NCBI GenBank assembly: GCA_049322315.1
Contig: JBMORF010000082.1
Coordinates: 128,141-192,140, forward strand
Direction: 5' to 3'
Origin: Thermodesulfobacteriota bacterium
Lineage (GTDB): Bacteria > Desulfobacterota > Desulfobaccia > Desulfobaccales > 0-14-0-80-60-11
DNA length: 64,000 bases
How positions within the stretch are numbered: position 1 is the stretch's first letter; each line of letters starts with the position of its first letter. A program made the translations under genes and the position numbers. The notes under the pieces were generated by a model. That model was not told the origin of the DNA. It did not search any database and saw only the letters and a program-made list of their open reading frames with translations. Below, one piece after another: positions 26,695 to 36,499 of this stretch.

Positions 26695-27201
26695 TTATTC
26701 GCCCAGGACCAACTCCGAGATCTCCTTGAAGAGATCGCTTAAACGCACCATACCGGCCACTTTGTGGTCCTGGATCACCGGCATCATGCCCACGTTTTCC
26801 TTGACCATCAGGAAGATGGCCTTGGCCACCAGGTCGCTGCCCTGCACGGTGACTTTGATGGGGCTCATGACTTCACTCACCGGTTTTTGGGAAGCCTCCT
26901 TCAAACCGGGGCCGAAGAGATCGCCCATGAGGACGGCCAGGTTGGGGTCTCCTTTCACCAGGCTGGTCTCCTGGAGAAACCTGGGCTCCAGCCCCCGGAT
27001 GATGTCCCGGAGGGTCAGGATGCCCATGAGCTGGTACTTTTCGTCGAAGACCAGGACGGCCCGGGGTTCAAAAGACCCTTCGAACTTGATGGCCGCTTCC
27101 CGGACGATGGCCATGGCCTGGCGTAAGGTGAACCAGTAGGGGATGTGAGGGTAGTCCTCCAGGGGGATCATCAGATCCTTCACTCTTTTTTCGTACGGCA
27201 T
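26695..27201 (-). CDS. CBS-domain pair protein
   Basis: 168 aa with two CBS-like repeats (VLVFDEKYQLMGILTLRDII; MPVIQDHKVAGMVRLSDLF). First gene of the transporter operon. Confidence 0.8.
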   Translation of the reverse strand: MPYEKRVKDLMIPLEDYPHIPYWFTLRQAMAIVREAAIKFEGSFEPRAVLVFDEKYQLMGILTLRDIIRGLEPRFLQETSLVKGDPNLAVLMGDLFGPGLKEASQKPVSEVMSPIKVTVQGSDLVAKAIFLMVKENVGMMPVIQDHKVAGMVRLSDLFKEISELVLGE

Positions 27202-27482
27202 GGGAACCTCCGACTAAAATAATTTTTCCTAAGCCTTGGAATAATTATGCAATTTTGGCTCACCACCGAGCCTCCTTGCCTTGGCTAATCTTTTAGCAAC
27301 CGCAAGATTAAAACGGGGTTAAAATGCAGGGAAGGGTTGTTAAATTTGCGTTAAGATCGAGAATTATTTCACAATTCCGGTGGGCTCCCCTGCTTGACTG
27401 GCAATCTGAACCTGGCTTAAAATTTGAAAAAAATGTAATATAATGTGCCTGCTCTTCCCAGGAGGACCTGCACCTGAAACGC

Positions 27483-30032
27483 ATGTGGCAACGCCTTGTA
27501 CCCAAGGACCGGAGCAACACCCAGGCGGCCTTAGCGGAAAAATACGCGAATTTTCAGCGTTTGTTAGCGGCCAATAATACGGTCTTGACCCTGATGGCCG
27601 ATATGGAAGAGAAGCTCTCCGGCGACTTCCTCTTCGATCTCCAGTATATCCGGGCCAGTGTCAACCAACTGGCCGGGGAGACCGCCATCCTGGTGGAAGC
27701 CCTCAATAACCTGGGAGATCATCGTTATGGGGGTTTGGTCGATTCCTTCCGGCGCATCATCGGCGAGGTGGAAGACGTCTTGAGCCAGCGCCGGGAGATT
27801 CCCCAGGCTCCCTTGATCCTGCCCCTGGAACTGCTGGACCTGGAAAAAGCAGAAACCGTGGGGGGCAAGAACGCCAACCTGGGGGAAGTTAGGAACCGGG
27901 TGGGCCTGCCGGTGCCCCCGGGTTTTGCCATCTCCACTTACGCCTACAAGGTTTTTCTGGACTATAACCAGATAGCGGCGCGTATCGCCGATCTCCTGGG
28001 CTTCTGGCGGATTGACGATCTGGACAGCCTGGCCGGGGTCAGCGAAGAATTAAAATCCATGGTCAACCAGGCCCAGGTACCCCCGGAACTGGAGGCGGCC
28101 ATCGCCCAAGCCTATGAGGAGCTGTGCCGTAAGGAGCAAGAGCGGCCGCTGGTGGCCATGCGCTCCAGCGCCGTGGGGGAAGACCTTTCTTTAACCTTCG
28201 CCGGGCAATACGCCACCTACCTTAACGTCCCTGCCGGGGAGATGGTTAACCGTTATAAAGATATTCTGGCCAGCCTCTTTACGCCCCGGGCCCTGTTTTA
28301 TTATAAGACCCGGGGGTTTAAAGAGGAGGAAATGGCCATGGGGGTGGCGGTGCTGCCCATGATCAACGCCCAGGCCAGCGGCGTGCTCTTCACCCGGCAG
28401 CCGGAAGCTCCGGACCAGGACGCGGCCCTGATTAACGCCGTCTGGGGCCTGGGCCGCTATGCCGTGGGCGGCGTCATCGAACCAGACCATTACCTGGTGG
28501 CCTATGAGCCGCCCGGCCAAGTGCTGGAGCAGCGCCTCCCGGCCAAAGAGGTGATGTTGGTCAATACTCCCGGAGGCGGGGTGGAAGAGGCGCCGGTCCC
28601 CCCGGAAAAGAGGCAGGCCCCCTGCCTGGAGCCCAGGCATTTACAGGAGTTGGCCCGGTGGGCCGCGGTCCTGGAGGCCCATTACCGGCGGCCCCAGGAC
28701 GTGGAGTGGGCCCTGGACTTTGAGGACCGGCTCTGGCTCCTGCAGAGCCGGCAGTTGCACATCCCCGTCAAAGCCCCCCCGGAGGGAAAGCCCAGAACGT
28801 TGAAGCAATACTCCGTGCTCCTGGACCAGGGGACGGTGGCCTGCCGGGGGGTGGGAGCCGGGCCGGTGGTCTTGGTGCGCAAAGACGAAGACCTGAAGAA
28901 TTTTCCCACCGGGGGGGTCCTGGTGGCCCGGCACACTTCCCCCAAATACGTGACCGTGATGCCCCAGGCCGCGGCCATCATCACCGACGCGGGCAGCCCC
29001 ACCGGGCATATGGCCCTGTTGGCCCGGGAGTTTCAGGTGCCCGCCATCCTCAATACCGGGACAGCCACCCAAATCCTGCAACCCGGTCAGGAAGTGACCG
29101 TGGACGCCAATTATAACAATGTCTATGAAGGCGTTATCACCGAACTCCTGGAACCACGGACCCCCAAGACCCACGATCTGGAGGACAGCCCGGTCTTCCG
29201 CACCTTAAGAGAAGTGCTGAAAAAGGTGATTCCCCTCAATCTCATCAACCCCCAGAGCGAGGCTTTCTCGCCGGAGAACTGCCGCACCATTCACGACCTG
29301 GTGCGCTTCGCCCACGAATTCTCCATGCGGGAAATGTTCGCCTTGACGGAAGACGAAGTCCAGGAAGGCAAAGAAGCGGTGGACCTGGATTCGGGCCTGC
29401 CCTTTAAAGTGCGCGTCCTGGACCTGGGCGGGGGGTTAAAGAGGGGGTGGAAACGAAAAGTCCGGCCTGAGCAGATTACTTCCATTCCCTTCAAGGCCTT
29501 TTGGCAGGGGCTCACGGCCATGCGCTGGCCCCAGGGGAAACCCGCAGGCGCCAAAAGTTTCAGCTCGGTTTTTGTCAAGAGCGAGGAGGAGGTGGCCCAG
29601 GGAGCCGATCCCTACCGGGACCAGAGTTACGTGATTCTCTCCAAGAATTATATGAACTTCAGCATCCGCCTGGGTTATCACCTGTCCCAGGTGGAGGCCT
29701 ACGTCAGCGACCAGATTAACGATAACTACATCACCTTTATTTTCCGGGGCGGGGGCTCCACCCCGGAGCGCCGGGAGCGGCGGGCCCGGCTGATCGAGGC
29801 CATCATCGACCGCATGCACCTCCACTATGACCGGAAAGGCGACACCATCAAGGCCAGGATCGCCAAATATCCCCCGGAGCAATTGGTCCAAAGACTGGTC
29901 CTCTTCGGCAAACTCACCCTCTACACCAAACAACTGGACATGGTCCTCTTTTCCGAAGGAATCGTGGACTGGTACATCAAGGATTTCATCCGGGAGCACG
30001 TGGGGGGGGAAAGGCCTAAAAGGATAGAGTAA
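27483..30032 (+). CDS. PEP-utilising-enzyme-like phosphotransferase: PpsA-type ATP-grasp N-domain, swivel phospho-His domain and a non-canonical roughly 270-aa C-terminal domain
   Basis: 849 aa. GGKNANLGE and MRSSAVGED (the PPDK_N nucleotide-binding part). Mobile domain GGVLVARHTSPKYVTVMPQAAAIITDAGSPTGHMALLAREFQVPAI. The C-terminal third has no recognisable PEP/pyruvate TIM-barrel motifs. Confidence 0.75.
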   Translation: MWQRLVPKDRSNTQAALAEKYANFQRLLAANNTVLTLMADMEEKLSGDFLFDLQYIRASVNQLAGETAILVEALNNLGDHRYGGLVDSFRRIIGEVEDVLSQRREIPQAPLILPLELLDLEKAETVGGKNANLGEVRNRVGLPVPPGFAISTYAYKVFLDYNQIAARIADLLGFWRIDDLDSLAGVSEELKSMVNQAQVPPELEAAIAQAYEELCRKEQERPLVAMRSSAVGEDLSLTFAGQYATYLNVPAGEMVNRYKDILASLFTPRALFYYKTRGFKEEEMAMGVAVLPMINAQASGVLFTRQPEAPDQDAALINAVWGLGRYAVGGVIEPDHYLVAYEPPGQVLEQRLPAKEVMLVNTPGGGVEEAPVPPEKRQAPCLEPRHLQELARWAAVLEAHYRRPQDVEWALDFEDRLWLLQSRQLHIPVKAPPEGKPRTLKQYSVLLDQGTVACRGVGAGPVVLVRKDEDLKNFPTGGVLVARHTSPKYVTVMPQAAAIITDAGSPTGHMALLAREFQVPAILNTGTATQILQPGQEVTVDANYNNVYEGVITELLEPRTPKTHDLEDSPVFRTLREVLKKVIPLNLINPQSEAFSPENCRTIHDLVRFAHEFSMREMFALTEDEVQEGKEAVDLDSGLPFKVRVLDLGGGLKRGWKRKVRPEQITSIPFKAFWQGLTAMRWPQGKPAGAKSFSSVFVKSEEEVAQGADPYRDQSYVILSKNYMNFSIRLGYHLSQVEAYVSDQINDNYITFIFRGGGSTPERRERRARLIEAIIDRMHLHYDRKGDTIKARIAKYPPEQLVQRLVLFGKLTLYTKQLDMVLFSEGIVDWYIKDFIREHVGGERPKRIE

Positions 30033-30049
30033 GTAGGAGACTCAAAGCC

Positions 30050-31093
30050 ATGTCTGACGTTTTTCAACAACAAATGGACGCAGAGAAAATCCCTCTTATA
30101 CTCGGCCTGGATGAAAAGGCAGGCTACCGGGCTCTACCCATGAGGAATTTGAGGGTAGGATATGAAGTCCCCTTTGATATTTTTTTAAAAATAAAAAAGA
30201 AGGGTGAACCAATACCCAGTTTTGTGAAAGGCTGCCCCAAGGGCGAGATTTTCCATCAAGACTGGTATCTTCAGCTGGAGAAACTCAAGATTCCCAACGT
30301 CTATGTCTCTTTGCAAGAGATTGATTTGGTGATGGAATATATTAATCACCACCTAGACTTGCTTATAAAGGACGACCATTATAACGATCTGGAAAAAGGG
30401 ACATTAGTCTGCGATGCTGCGCATCTGTGGATGCTCCATTTTTTTCATCGCGAAGAAGCCCGCACCGGTGAGCAAATCAACCAAGCCATAAAATTTATTG
30501 ATATCTTGTTCAATACCGTCAAGGGCGACCATCACTCCCTCAAATGCTTACTGGAGGTGAGACGCACCGGTTCTCATCTTTTTTCCCACAGCCTTAATGT
30601 CTGCCTGTTAGGCTTGGCATACACCGCTTTCCTGGGATGGGATCAGGAAAAGATCAGATGGTTCGGGGTCGGGGCCTTGCTCCATGACATCGGTCTGATA
30701 TACACGCCTTTATCGATTCTGGAGAAGAAGGGGAAGCTCACCCCAGAGGAAATGAACAAGATCAAACGTCATCCCATTGACGGCTTCAGGATGTTGCAGG
30801 ATTTTGGCTATTTGCGTTGGGAAGCCTTACAGATGATCGTGCAACACCATGAGAATGGTGACGGCTCCGGTTATCCGGATGGCTTAGTAATTACCGAAAT
30901 TAAAACCTGGGCCCGGATTTTGCGGATCCTGGATTGTTACGAAGCCATGACCGCCCCACGGTCCTGGCGACAGGCCATTGAGCCCAAGGAAGCCATCTGG
31001 ACCATGCGTGCCGATTGGGAGAAAGACAAGATTTTCGACCGCTATTACCTGGAGACCCTCATAAAATTCCTGGCAGGCCAGCAGGCAAAATAA
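30050..31093 (+). CDS. HD-GYP domain protein (putative c-di-GMP phosphodiesterase) with an unknown N-terminal domain
   Basis: 347 aa. HSLNV..LLHDIG and the signature HHENGDGSGYPDGL. It starts 17 nt after the upstream gene. It is visibly more AT-rich than its neighbours. Confidence 0.85.
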   Translation: MSDVFQQQMDAEKIPLILGLDEKAGYRALPMRNLRVGYEVPFDIFLKIKKKGEPIPSFVKGCPKGEIFHQDWYLQLEKLKIPNVYVSLQEIDLVMEYINHHLDLLIKDDHYNDLEKGTLVCDAAHLWMLHFFHREEARTGEQINQAIKFIDILFNTVKGDHHSLKCLLEVRRTGSHLFSHSLNVCLLGLAYTAFLGWDQEKIRWFGVGALLHDIGLIYTPLSILEKKGKLTPEEMNKIKRHPIDGFRMLQDFGYLRWEALQMIVQHHENGDGSGYPDGLVITEIKTWARILRILDCYEAMTAPRSWRQAIEPKEAIWTMRADWEKDKIFDRYYLETLIKFLAGQQAK

Positions 31094-31185
31094 TTTGTTA
31101 ATTTCCCGGGGTCTTAGCGGTAAATAGCCTGACTCCTCACTATGGCTGCTATCTAAAAAATAGGGGCTTTCGCTGCCAGACGGCC

Positions 31186-31212
31186 GGATTTTGCGCGGCG
31201 CTCAGGATGACA
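31186..31212 (+). repeat. Copy of the 'GAATGACA-type' repeat arm (same family as 53189..53328)
   Basis: GGATTTTGCGCGGCGCTCAGGATGACA resembles GAGATTCTTCC..CGCTTCGCTCCGTTCAGAATGACA at 53290..53328. It lies in a convergent intergenic region. Confidence 0.45.
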
Positions 31213-31242
31213 TTTGATCCTGCTGAAAATTGCTGTCGCTGG

Positions 31243-31869
31243 TTAAAACGATTCAAAAAAAGTGGCGCTGAGCACATCCACCTTGCCGGTTTGCATCTGG
31301 TATTTGGCCACCACCAGGTCCAGGCGGCCCTGCTCCAGGGCCTCACTGATGATCCGGCTCTCCCGGCGCAAGGTCTCCTCCAGGTATTGCAGGTGCCGGT
31401 TGGTGGCCTCCTCCACCAGCTCCGGGCCGTTTTTGCCCATGGACCGGGCCTGGATCACCGACGGAGTAATCTGTTGGACGATGGAGGTGATATGGCCTTC
31501 ATCACACTCCGGGTGGGCCACCGCCGCGGTGACTGCACCGCAACTTTCGTGGCCCTTGATGATCAGCAAAGGGACGTGGAGATGGGCCACGGCATACTCC
31601 AGGCTGCCGATGCTGGTGGGATCCAGAACCAAGCCGGCGGTGCGCACCACAAAAAGATCGCCCAGGCTCTGGTCAAAGATGATCTCCGCGGGCACCCGGG
31701 AATCGGAACAACAGAGCACCGCGGCTTCAGGTTGCTGGCCTTGGGATAAAGTCTTGCGCAAATCCAACAGATTCCGCCCCTGGAACAGGCCCTGGACAAA
31801 CCGCATATTACCTTCAATGAGCTTATACCAAATCTCTCTGCCGATGTGGCCGTGGCCGGGATGCGCCAT
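31243..31869 (-). CDS. Beta-class carbonic anhydrase
   Basis: 208 aa with CSDSRVPAEIIFDQSLGDLFVVRTAG and GHESCGAV, the Zn-ligand Cys/His/Cys context of beta-carbonic anhydrases. Confidence 0.9.
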   Translation of the reverse strand: MAHPGHGHIGREIWYKLIEGNMRFVQGLFQGRNLLDLRKTLSQGQQPEAAVLCCSDSRVPAEIIFDQSLGDLFVVRTAGLVLDPTSIGSLEYAVAHLHVPLLIIKGHESCGAVTAAVAHPECDEGHITSIVQQITPSVIQARSMGKNGPELVEEATNRHLQYLEETLRRESRIISEALEQGRLDLVVAKYQMQTGKVDVLSATFFESF

Positions 31870-32133
31870 AGATGCCTCTCTTTCGCGGGAATTTACCGGT
31901 TTCCCAAGCTATGTAAGCAATTATTTTCAGATCTTGCCGTCCCTCCAGGCTCTTACAGTTAGAGGGCGCCGGGGGGAAGGCCGCTAAAAATCACCAAGCA
32001 ATCCTGGGGGATTACTAAGAAGTAGCCGCAAATGACCGATCCTGTCAAGAGGCAAGGCAACACTTAATGCCGGAGTGACAGACCCAGCCACGGTCTGTCA
32101 GGTTGGCGGTCAACCGCCGGAATTCGCCTCTTA

Positions 32134-34371
32134 TCAAGCGGTTGCCCCTTGGGGTCTGCCGGCTTTGGCCTCCCCCGGGGTTTCCGGTTGCAGGGAGACA
32201 AAAAAAGTGGTGCCCTGGTTACTCCCCTCCCCGTCCGGCACTCTGGACTCAAAGCGGATATTGCCCCCGTATTTTTCGACGATGGCATAGCTCACCGATA
32301 ATCCCAGCCCCGTGCCCTCCCCCACCCTTTTGGTGGTGAAGAAAGGATCGAAGATGCGGTCGGCGATCTCCTTGGGGATGCCGGTACCGCTGTCCGCAAA
32401 GATCGCTTCCACCATCTGGCTGTAAGGATTGATCCGGGTCATGACCTTGAATTTGCCCCCCTGGGGCATGGCGGCGATGGCATTGTTCACCAAGTTGATG
32501 AACACCTGTTGCAGTTCCCCGGCATCGCCGTGCACCCGGGGCAGGTCCCGGGCCAAACGGGTTTCCAAGTCCACCTTGTGGGTCAGGAAGCTATTTTGCA
32601 CCAAGGACAAAACGGTTTCAATTTCTTTATTGAGGTCGGCGAATTCCTCCTTCTTGACAGGCTGCCGGGCGTAGGTCATTAATTTTTCCACGATCCTTTT
32701 GGCATTGAGCCCCTGGCGTTCAATGGTCTTGAGGATTTCGTGCTCTTTGCTCTCCGGGGAGATGCGGTCCAGCAGGATTTCGGTAAATCCCAGGATGACT
32801 CCCAAAGGATTATTGATCTCGTGGGCCACTCCCGCGGAGAGAGTGCCCAGGGATGCCAGTTTTTCGGTGCGGTAGAGTTGGTCCTCGATCTTCTGGCGCT
32901 CGGTGATATCCCGGGCCATGACCAGAATCCGCTCCACCGTGCGGCCATCTTCCCCGAAGACCGGCACGACATGGGTAGAGAGCCAATAGGCCCGGTCCCG
33001 GATACGCATCTCTCCTTTTACCTCTGCACTTTTCCTGCCCTCCAGCACCCCGCGAACCTGCGCCAGCATGGACCTGGCGTCATCCGGGGCGAAAAAGCTC
33101 TCAAGGGTTTTGCCGGCAATCCCCGCAGCCGGCACGCCGAAGGCCAGGGCCGCGGCGTTATTGGCGCTGATAAACTCTCCTTTCTCATTGAGCAAAAAGA
33201 TAAAATCCCGGGCGTTTTCCACCACCGATTTATATTGTTCCCGGCTGCGGCGCAGGTCGGTGGTGGTGTTATCCACCTCCCGCTGCAATTCCACGGACCA
33301 GCGCATCTCGTAATAGATCACGGTTGCGGCTGCCAGAATCAGGGCGAAGATGAGGATGCCCTGGATTAAAAATTGTCGCACATAAAGGGAATGGATGGTG
33401 CCGTAGACTTCATCGGTGGGCGCCACCACCGCCACCGGCCAGATCCGGGTCCCATCCGGATTGACCTTGGCGTGGCTGTAAGCGACAAATTTGATCATTT
33501 CCCGGATGACGCCCCGGTGCCAACCGGAATTGTATTGGGAAGTGCCTTCCTCCCCGGCCAGCATCCTCTTCTTTTGAATTTCGTTGATCTTGGAAAAACT
33601 GATGACCGGGTTACGCCGGCCCCGGGCCGTGAAGGCGTCTTCCCCCACGAACTCCCGCTCCGGGTGATAGAGAAAGATGCCGTCCTTATTGATCACCCAG
33701 CAGTAACCGGTGCGGCCGGAGCGGATCTTGGCGCAGTAGTGGCCGGTGAACTTGCTGGCATCTATCTTAAAAAGCAGGACCCCGTCCAGCTTGCCCGTAG
33801 CCTTGGGATGGGATTCGTCCACACTGACTTCGTATACCGCCATGGCCAGATTAAAGAAAGGGATCTTGTGGTTTCCCTGGACCTGCAATTCCACCGGCCC
33901 TTGACAGATTTGCCCCCGGTGGGCCGGGTCCCGGGCCCAAATCACCTCCGGGGTATTGGCAAAATTTTGCTCCACGACTCGGGGGCCATCCTGGTCCAGC
34001 ATGTAGGCCTTATCAGCCAGGCCGTTCTGGAAGTCTATCCTGACGATGGCCGTCACCCCCAGTTTGGAAAGGTCATCGAAACTGACCTTCATGCGGTTGG
34101 ACCAGGCCACCGGTTCCAGGTATTGGATGGAGGGCGAATAATTGAGGATTTTAAGTTCCCGGCGCAAGAACTCCAGTCCGTCTTCCAGTTGCCGGGCGGT
34201 GGTCTTGGCCAGGATGAGTTGTTGCTGTTGAAAGTCTTCCGAGACAATCTCCCGGGTCCGCTGCAAGGAGAGCAGGCCCAGGACGAAGGCCACCGCCAGC
34301 AGGAGGATCACCAGCAGACCCAGGCCCTTAAGCAGCCGCCTAATATTAATCTTTTCCATGGGATTGGCCAT
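32134..34371 (-). CDS. Membrane sensor histidine kinase: TM, Cache-like periplasmic domain, TM, PAS, HisKA, HATPase
   Basis: 745 aa. H-box GVAHEINNPLG. N/G boxes NLVNNAIAAM and GTGLGLSVSY. A PAS-like segment sits between TM2 and HisKA. Confidence 0.85.
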   Translation of the reverse strand: MANPMEKINIRRLLKGLGLLVILLLAVAFVLGLLSLQRTREIVSEDFQQQQLILAKTTARQLEDGLEFLRRELKILNYSPSIQYLEPVAWSNRMKVSFDDLSKLGVTAIVRIDFQNGLADKAYMLDQDGPRVVEQNFANTPEVIWARDPAHRGQICQGPVELQVQGNHKIPFFNLAMAVYEVSVDESHPKATGKLDGVLLFKIDASKFTGHYCAKIRSGRTGYCWVINKDGIFLYHPEREFVGEDAFTARGRRNPVISFSKINEIQKKRMLAGEEGTSQYNSGWHRGVIREMIKFVAYSHAKVNPDGTRIWPVAVVAPTDEVYGTIHSLYVRQFLIQGILIFALILAAATVIYYEMRWSVELQREVDNTTTDLRRSREQYKSVVENARDFIFLLNEKGEFISANNAAALAFGVPAAGIAGKTLESFFAPDDARSMLAQVRGVLEGRKSAEVKGEMRIRDRAYWLSTHVVPVFGEDGRTVERILVMARDITERQKIEDQLYRTEKLASLGTLSAGVAHEINNPLGVILGFTEILLDRISPESKEHEILKTIERQGLNAKRIVEKLMTYARQPVKKEEFADLNKEIETVLSLVQNSFLTHKVDLETRLARDLPRVHGDAGELQQVFINLVNNAIAAMPQGGKFKVMTRINPYSQMVEAIFADSGTGIPKEIADRIFDPFFTTKRVGEGTGLGLSVSYAIVEKYGGNIRFESRVPDGEGSNQGTTFFVSLQPETPGEAKAGRPQGATA

Positions 34372-34800
34372 ATAACTTCTTAGTCCTGAAAAACTTTGGT
34401 TTAGTAACCAGACTGCCGGAAAACTAACATTTTTTTATTCGAAAAAAAATGCATATCCGTTTCAGACTCCCTAAAGCGTTTGTAGCCCTTCTCCCAGGTC
34501 TAGGCTTATCTCCAGAGAGAGGAAGTAAAAGGACCTAAAACTTGGGGAAGACACACCTGGGACACAACCTTCGAATCCGGCTGATTACTGATTGCCCATG
34601 AATCTTGCGACCTTTGCCCTGAGCTGGAGTCCGGTGCTGATACTGGCGGTTTTAGCGGTGGGCTTCATCTCCTCCCCCTTTAAATTGCCCTGGCCGCGCC
34701 CAGGTGCGGCGCCCAGGGCCGGGAAGGAGAGATTCTCCGCCGCACCATCCCCCTAAACCTGGCCGCCTCTTTCCTCCAAAATATGTCTTGAAAAAGGGTC

Positions 34801-34830
34801 TTGCAAGAAACCCCTAATCTGCCGGATAAT
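34801..34830 (+). promoter_or_regulatory. Candidate sigma-70 promoter for the RsbW-like-GNAT gene
   Basis: TTGCAA (34801..34806), an 18-nt spacer, then GATAAT (34825..34830), about 47 nt upstream of ATG 34878. Confidence 0.35.
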
Positions 34831-34877
34831 CCCCATTAGGCCGCTTCATAGGGGAAAGCTGTTGCAGAGGGAATTTC

Positions 34878-36389
34878 ATGCCTGCATTAATCCAAACTGA
34901 GCTAAATCTGCCGGCAAATGAGGCAATGCAGCGACTGGCGCAGGATTATGTGCGGGGTCTGGCGCAATTGGCCGGTTTCCCGGAAGACCAGGCGGAACCC
35001 CTCGCCCTGGCGGTTTGGGAGGCCTGCCGGAATGCCATCGAGCACGCCTTTGCGGAGGAGGAACCCGGTACGCTGAAGCTGGCGGGAGAGGTTACCCCCG
35101 TAGCCTTAACCCTGTCTCTTGGCGATAAGGGCCTGCCATACTACCAAACTAAGGGTTTTAGATCGCCCGCACAGAGCCCTGGAAGCCCAGCCCAAGGTTT
35201 TCAGGGATTGCCCTCTCTCCAAGAATGCTTCGACGAAGTGAGCTGGATCTACCATGGGGTGGGGGGCAATGAATTGCGCCTCACCAAAAACCTGACGGAA
35301 GCCTTCCCCCTGCCGGCCCCGCAGCCCGAGACTCCCGGCCCCTGGGCCGAAGCAGTTACCCCGGCGGGGCCCGACGTCTACACCATCCGGCGGTTGCGTC
35401 CGGGAGACGGCATCCAGGTGGCCCGGTTACTCTACCGAGTCTACGGCTACCATTACTTTGAGGACTACTATTATCCGGACCGGCTGGACCACGAGGTCGC
35501 CGTCGGCCGGCAGGTGGGGGTGGTGGCCGTGGCCGACGACGGTGAATTTGCCGGCCTGGAAATAGTGGCCCGGTGGGAACCGGGTCCTCTGGGGAGGTGG
35601 TGCGCTTTGGCAGTGGCGCCGGCCCACCGAGGCCGGGGGCTGAGCCAGCGCCTCTCTGATCGCCTCCAGGAAGAGATCAGGCCGATGGGTCTGATCGGCG
35701 CGTTTGGCGACCCCCTCGCCATCCACACCATCAGCCAGCAGATTTGCGAGAGCCTGGGCTTCCATGTCACCGGCATCCAACTCCTGGAAGTGCTGACGCA
35801 TTTGCAGACCCTCCGGGGCCGGAACGGGCCCGGCAGGCCATGGGAAAGGGAAGTGGAGCCGGGCCTCCAGCGGGTCACCACGGTCTTTTATTTTCAATAT
35901 TTGGCGCCGCCGGAGCCAAAGGCTGTCGGCGCACCGCCCCAGCACCGGGAGTTGCTGGCGAAGATCTATGAGAACCTGGGAGTGAAGGTGCAATTTTTGA
36001 AACCGCGCCGACCCATGGGGGCCGGGGAATTAAAAGTTCACTATGACCAGACCCTCGAGGTCGGCACCATCCAGGTGAACCGCGTCGGCCGCGATACCCT
36101 GCCGGAGATTTCCCAGGCTCGGCGGGACCTGTGCGACCTGACGGGGGCCAAGGTGGTGGGCCTTTTACTGCCGCTGGCGCAAGGCGGGACGCCTTATCTG
36201 TGCGAGGCCGCCGAAGCGGAGGGCTTCTTTTTCTCCGGCGTCCTGCCCCACTTCGCCCTGGACGGGGATTTCCTGCGGCTCCAGTACCTCAATACCGACT
36301 TGGACCCGGAGCGCATCCACCTTTATTCTCCTTTTGCCAAGGAACTTCTGGCCTATATCCTCCAGGAAAAGGAGCGGGTGGGGCAATAA
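34878..36389 (+). CDS. Fusion protein: RsbW-like HATPase (anti-sigma kinase-type) N-domain, GNAT acetyltransferase domain, and a roughly 200-aa unknown C-domain
   Basis: 503 aa. The N-terminus LALAVWEACRNAIEHAF..GTLKLAGEV is RsbW-like. The GNAT core is IRRLRPGDGIQVARLL...ALAVAPAHRGRGLSQRL. Confidence 0.7.
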   Translation: MPALIQTELNLPANEAMQRLAQDYVRGLAQLAGFPEDQAEPLALAVWEACRNAIEHAFAEEEPGTLKLAGEVTPVALTLSLGDKGLPYYQTKGFRSPAQSPGSPAQGFQGLPSLQECFDEVSWIYHGVGGNELRLTKNLTEAFPLPAPQPETPGPWAEAVTPAGPDVYTIRRLRPGDGIQVARLLYRVYGYHYFEDYYYPDRLDHEVAVGRQVGVVAVADDGEFAGLEIVARWEPGPLGRWCALAVAPAHRGRGLSQRLSDRLQEEIRPMGLIGAFGDPLAIHTISQQICESLGFHVTGIQLLEVLTHLQTLRGRNGPGRPWEREVEPGLQRVTTVFYFQYLAPPEPKAVGAPPQHRELLAKIYENLGVKVQFLKPRRPMGAGELKVHYDQTLEVGTIQVNRVGRDTLPEISQARRDLCDLTGAKVVGLLLPLAQGGTPYLCEAAEAEGFFFSGVLPHFALDGDFLRLQYLNTDLDPERIHLYSPFAKELLAYILQEKERVGQ

Positions 36390-36499
36390 AACCGTTTTCG
36401 GTTTTCGCCGATGAGTCTGCTGCTTTCTGTCAGCCTACCGCGCTTCAATGAAGGTCAGCCGACCCCGCCAAACAGCCTCTGTCAGGGTCGCCGCAAGGA

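Noticed and set aside
34598-34756. 52-codon ORF MNLATFALSWSPVLILAVLAVGF... resembling the N-terminus of a lactate/glycolate permease
   Set aside because: It is too short and ends in non-membrane sequence. The similarity is only an impression. It could be a gene remnant or chance.
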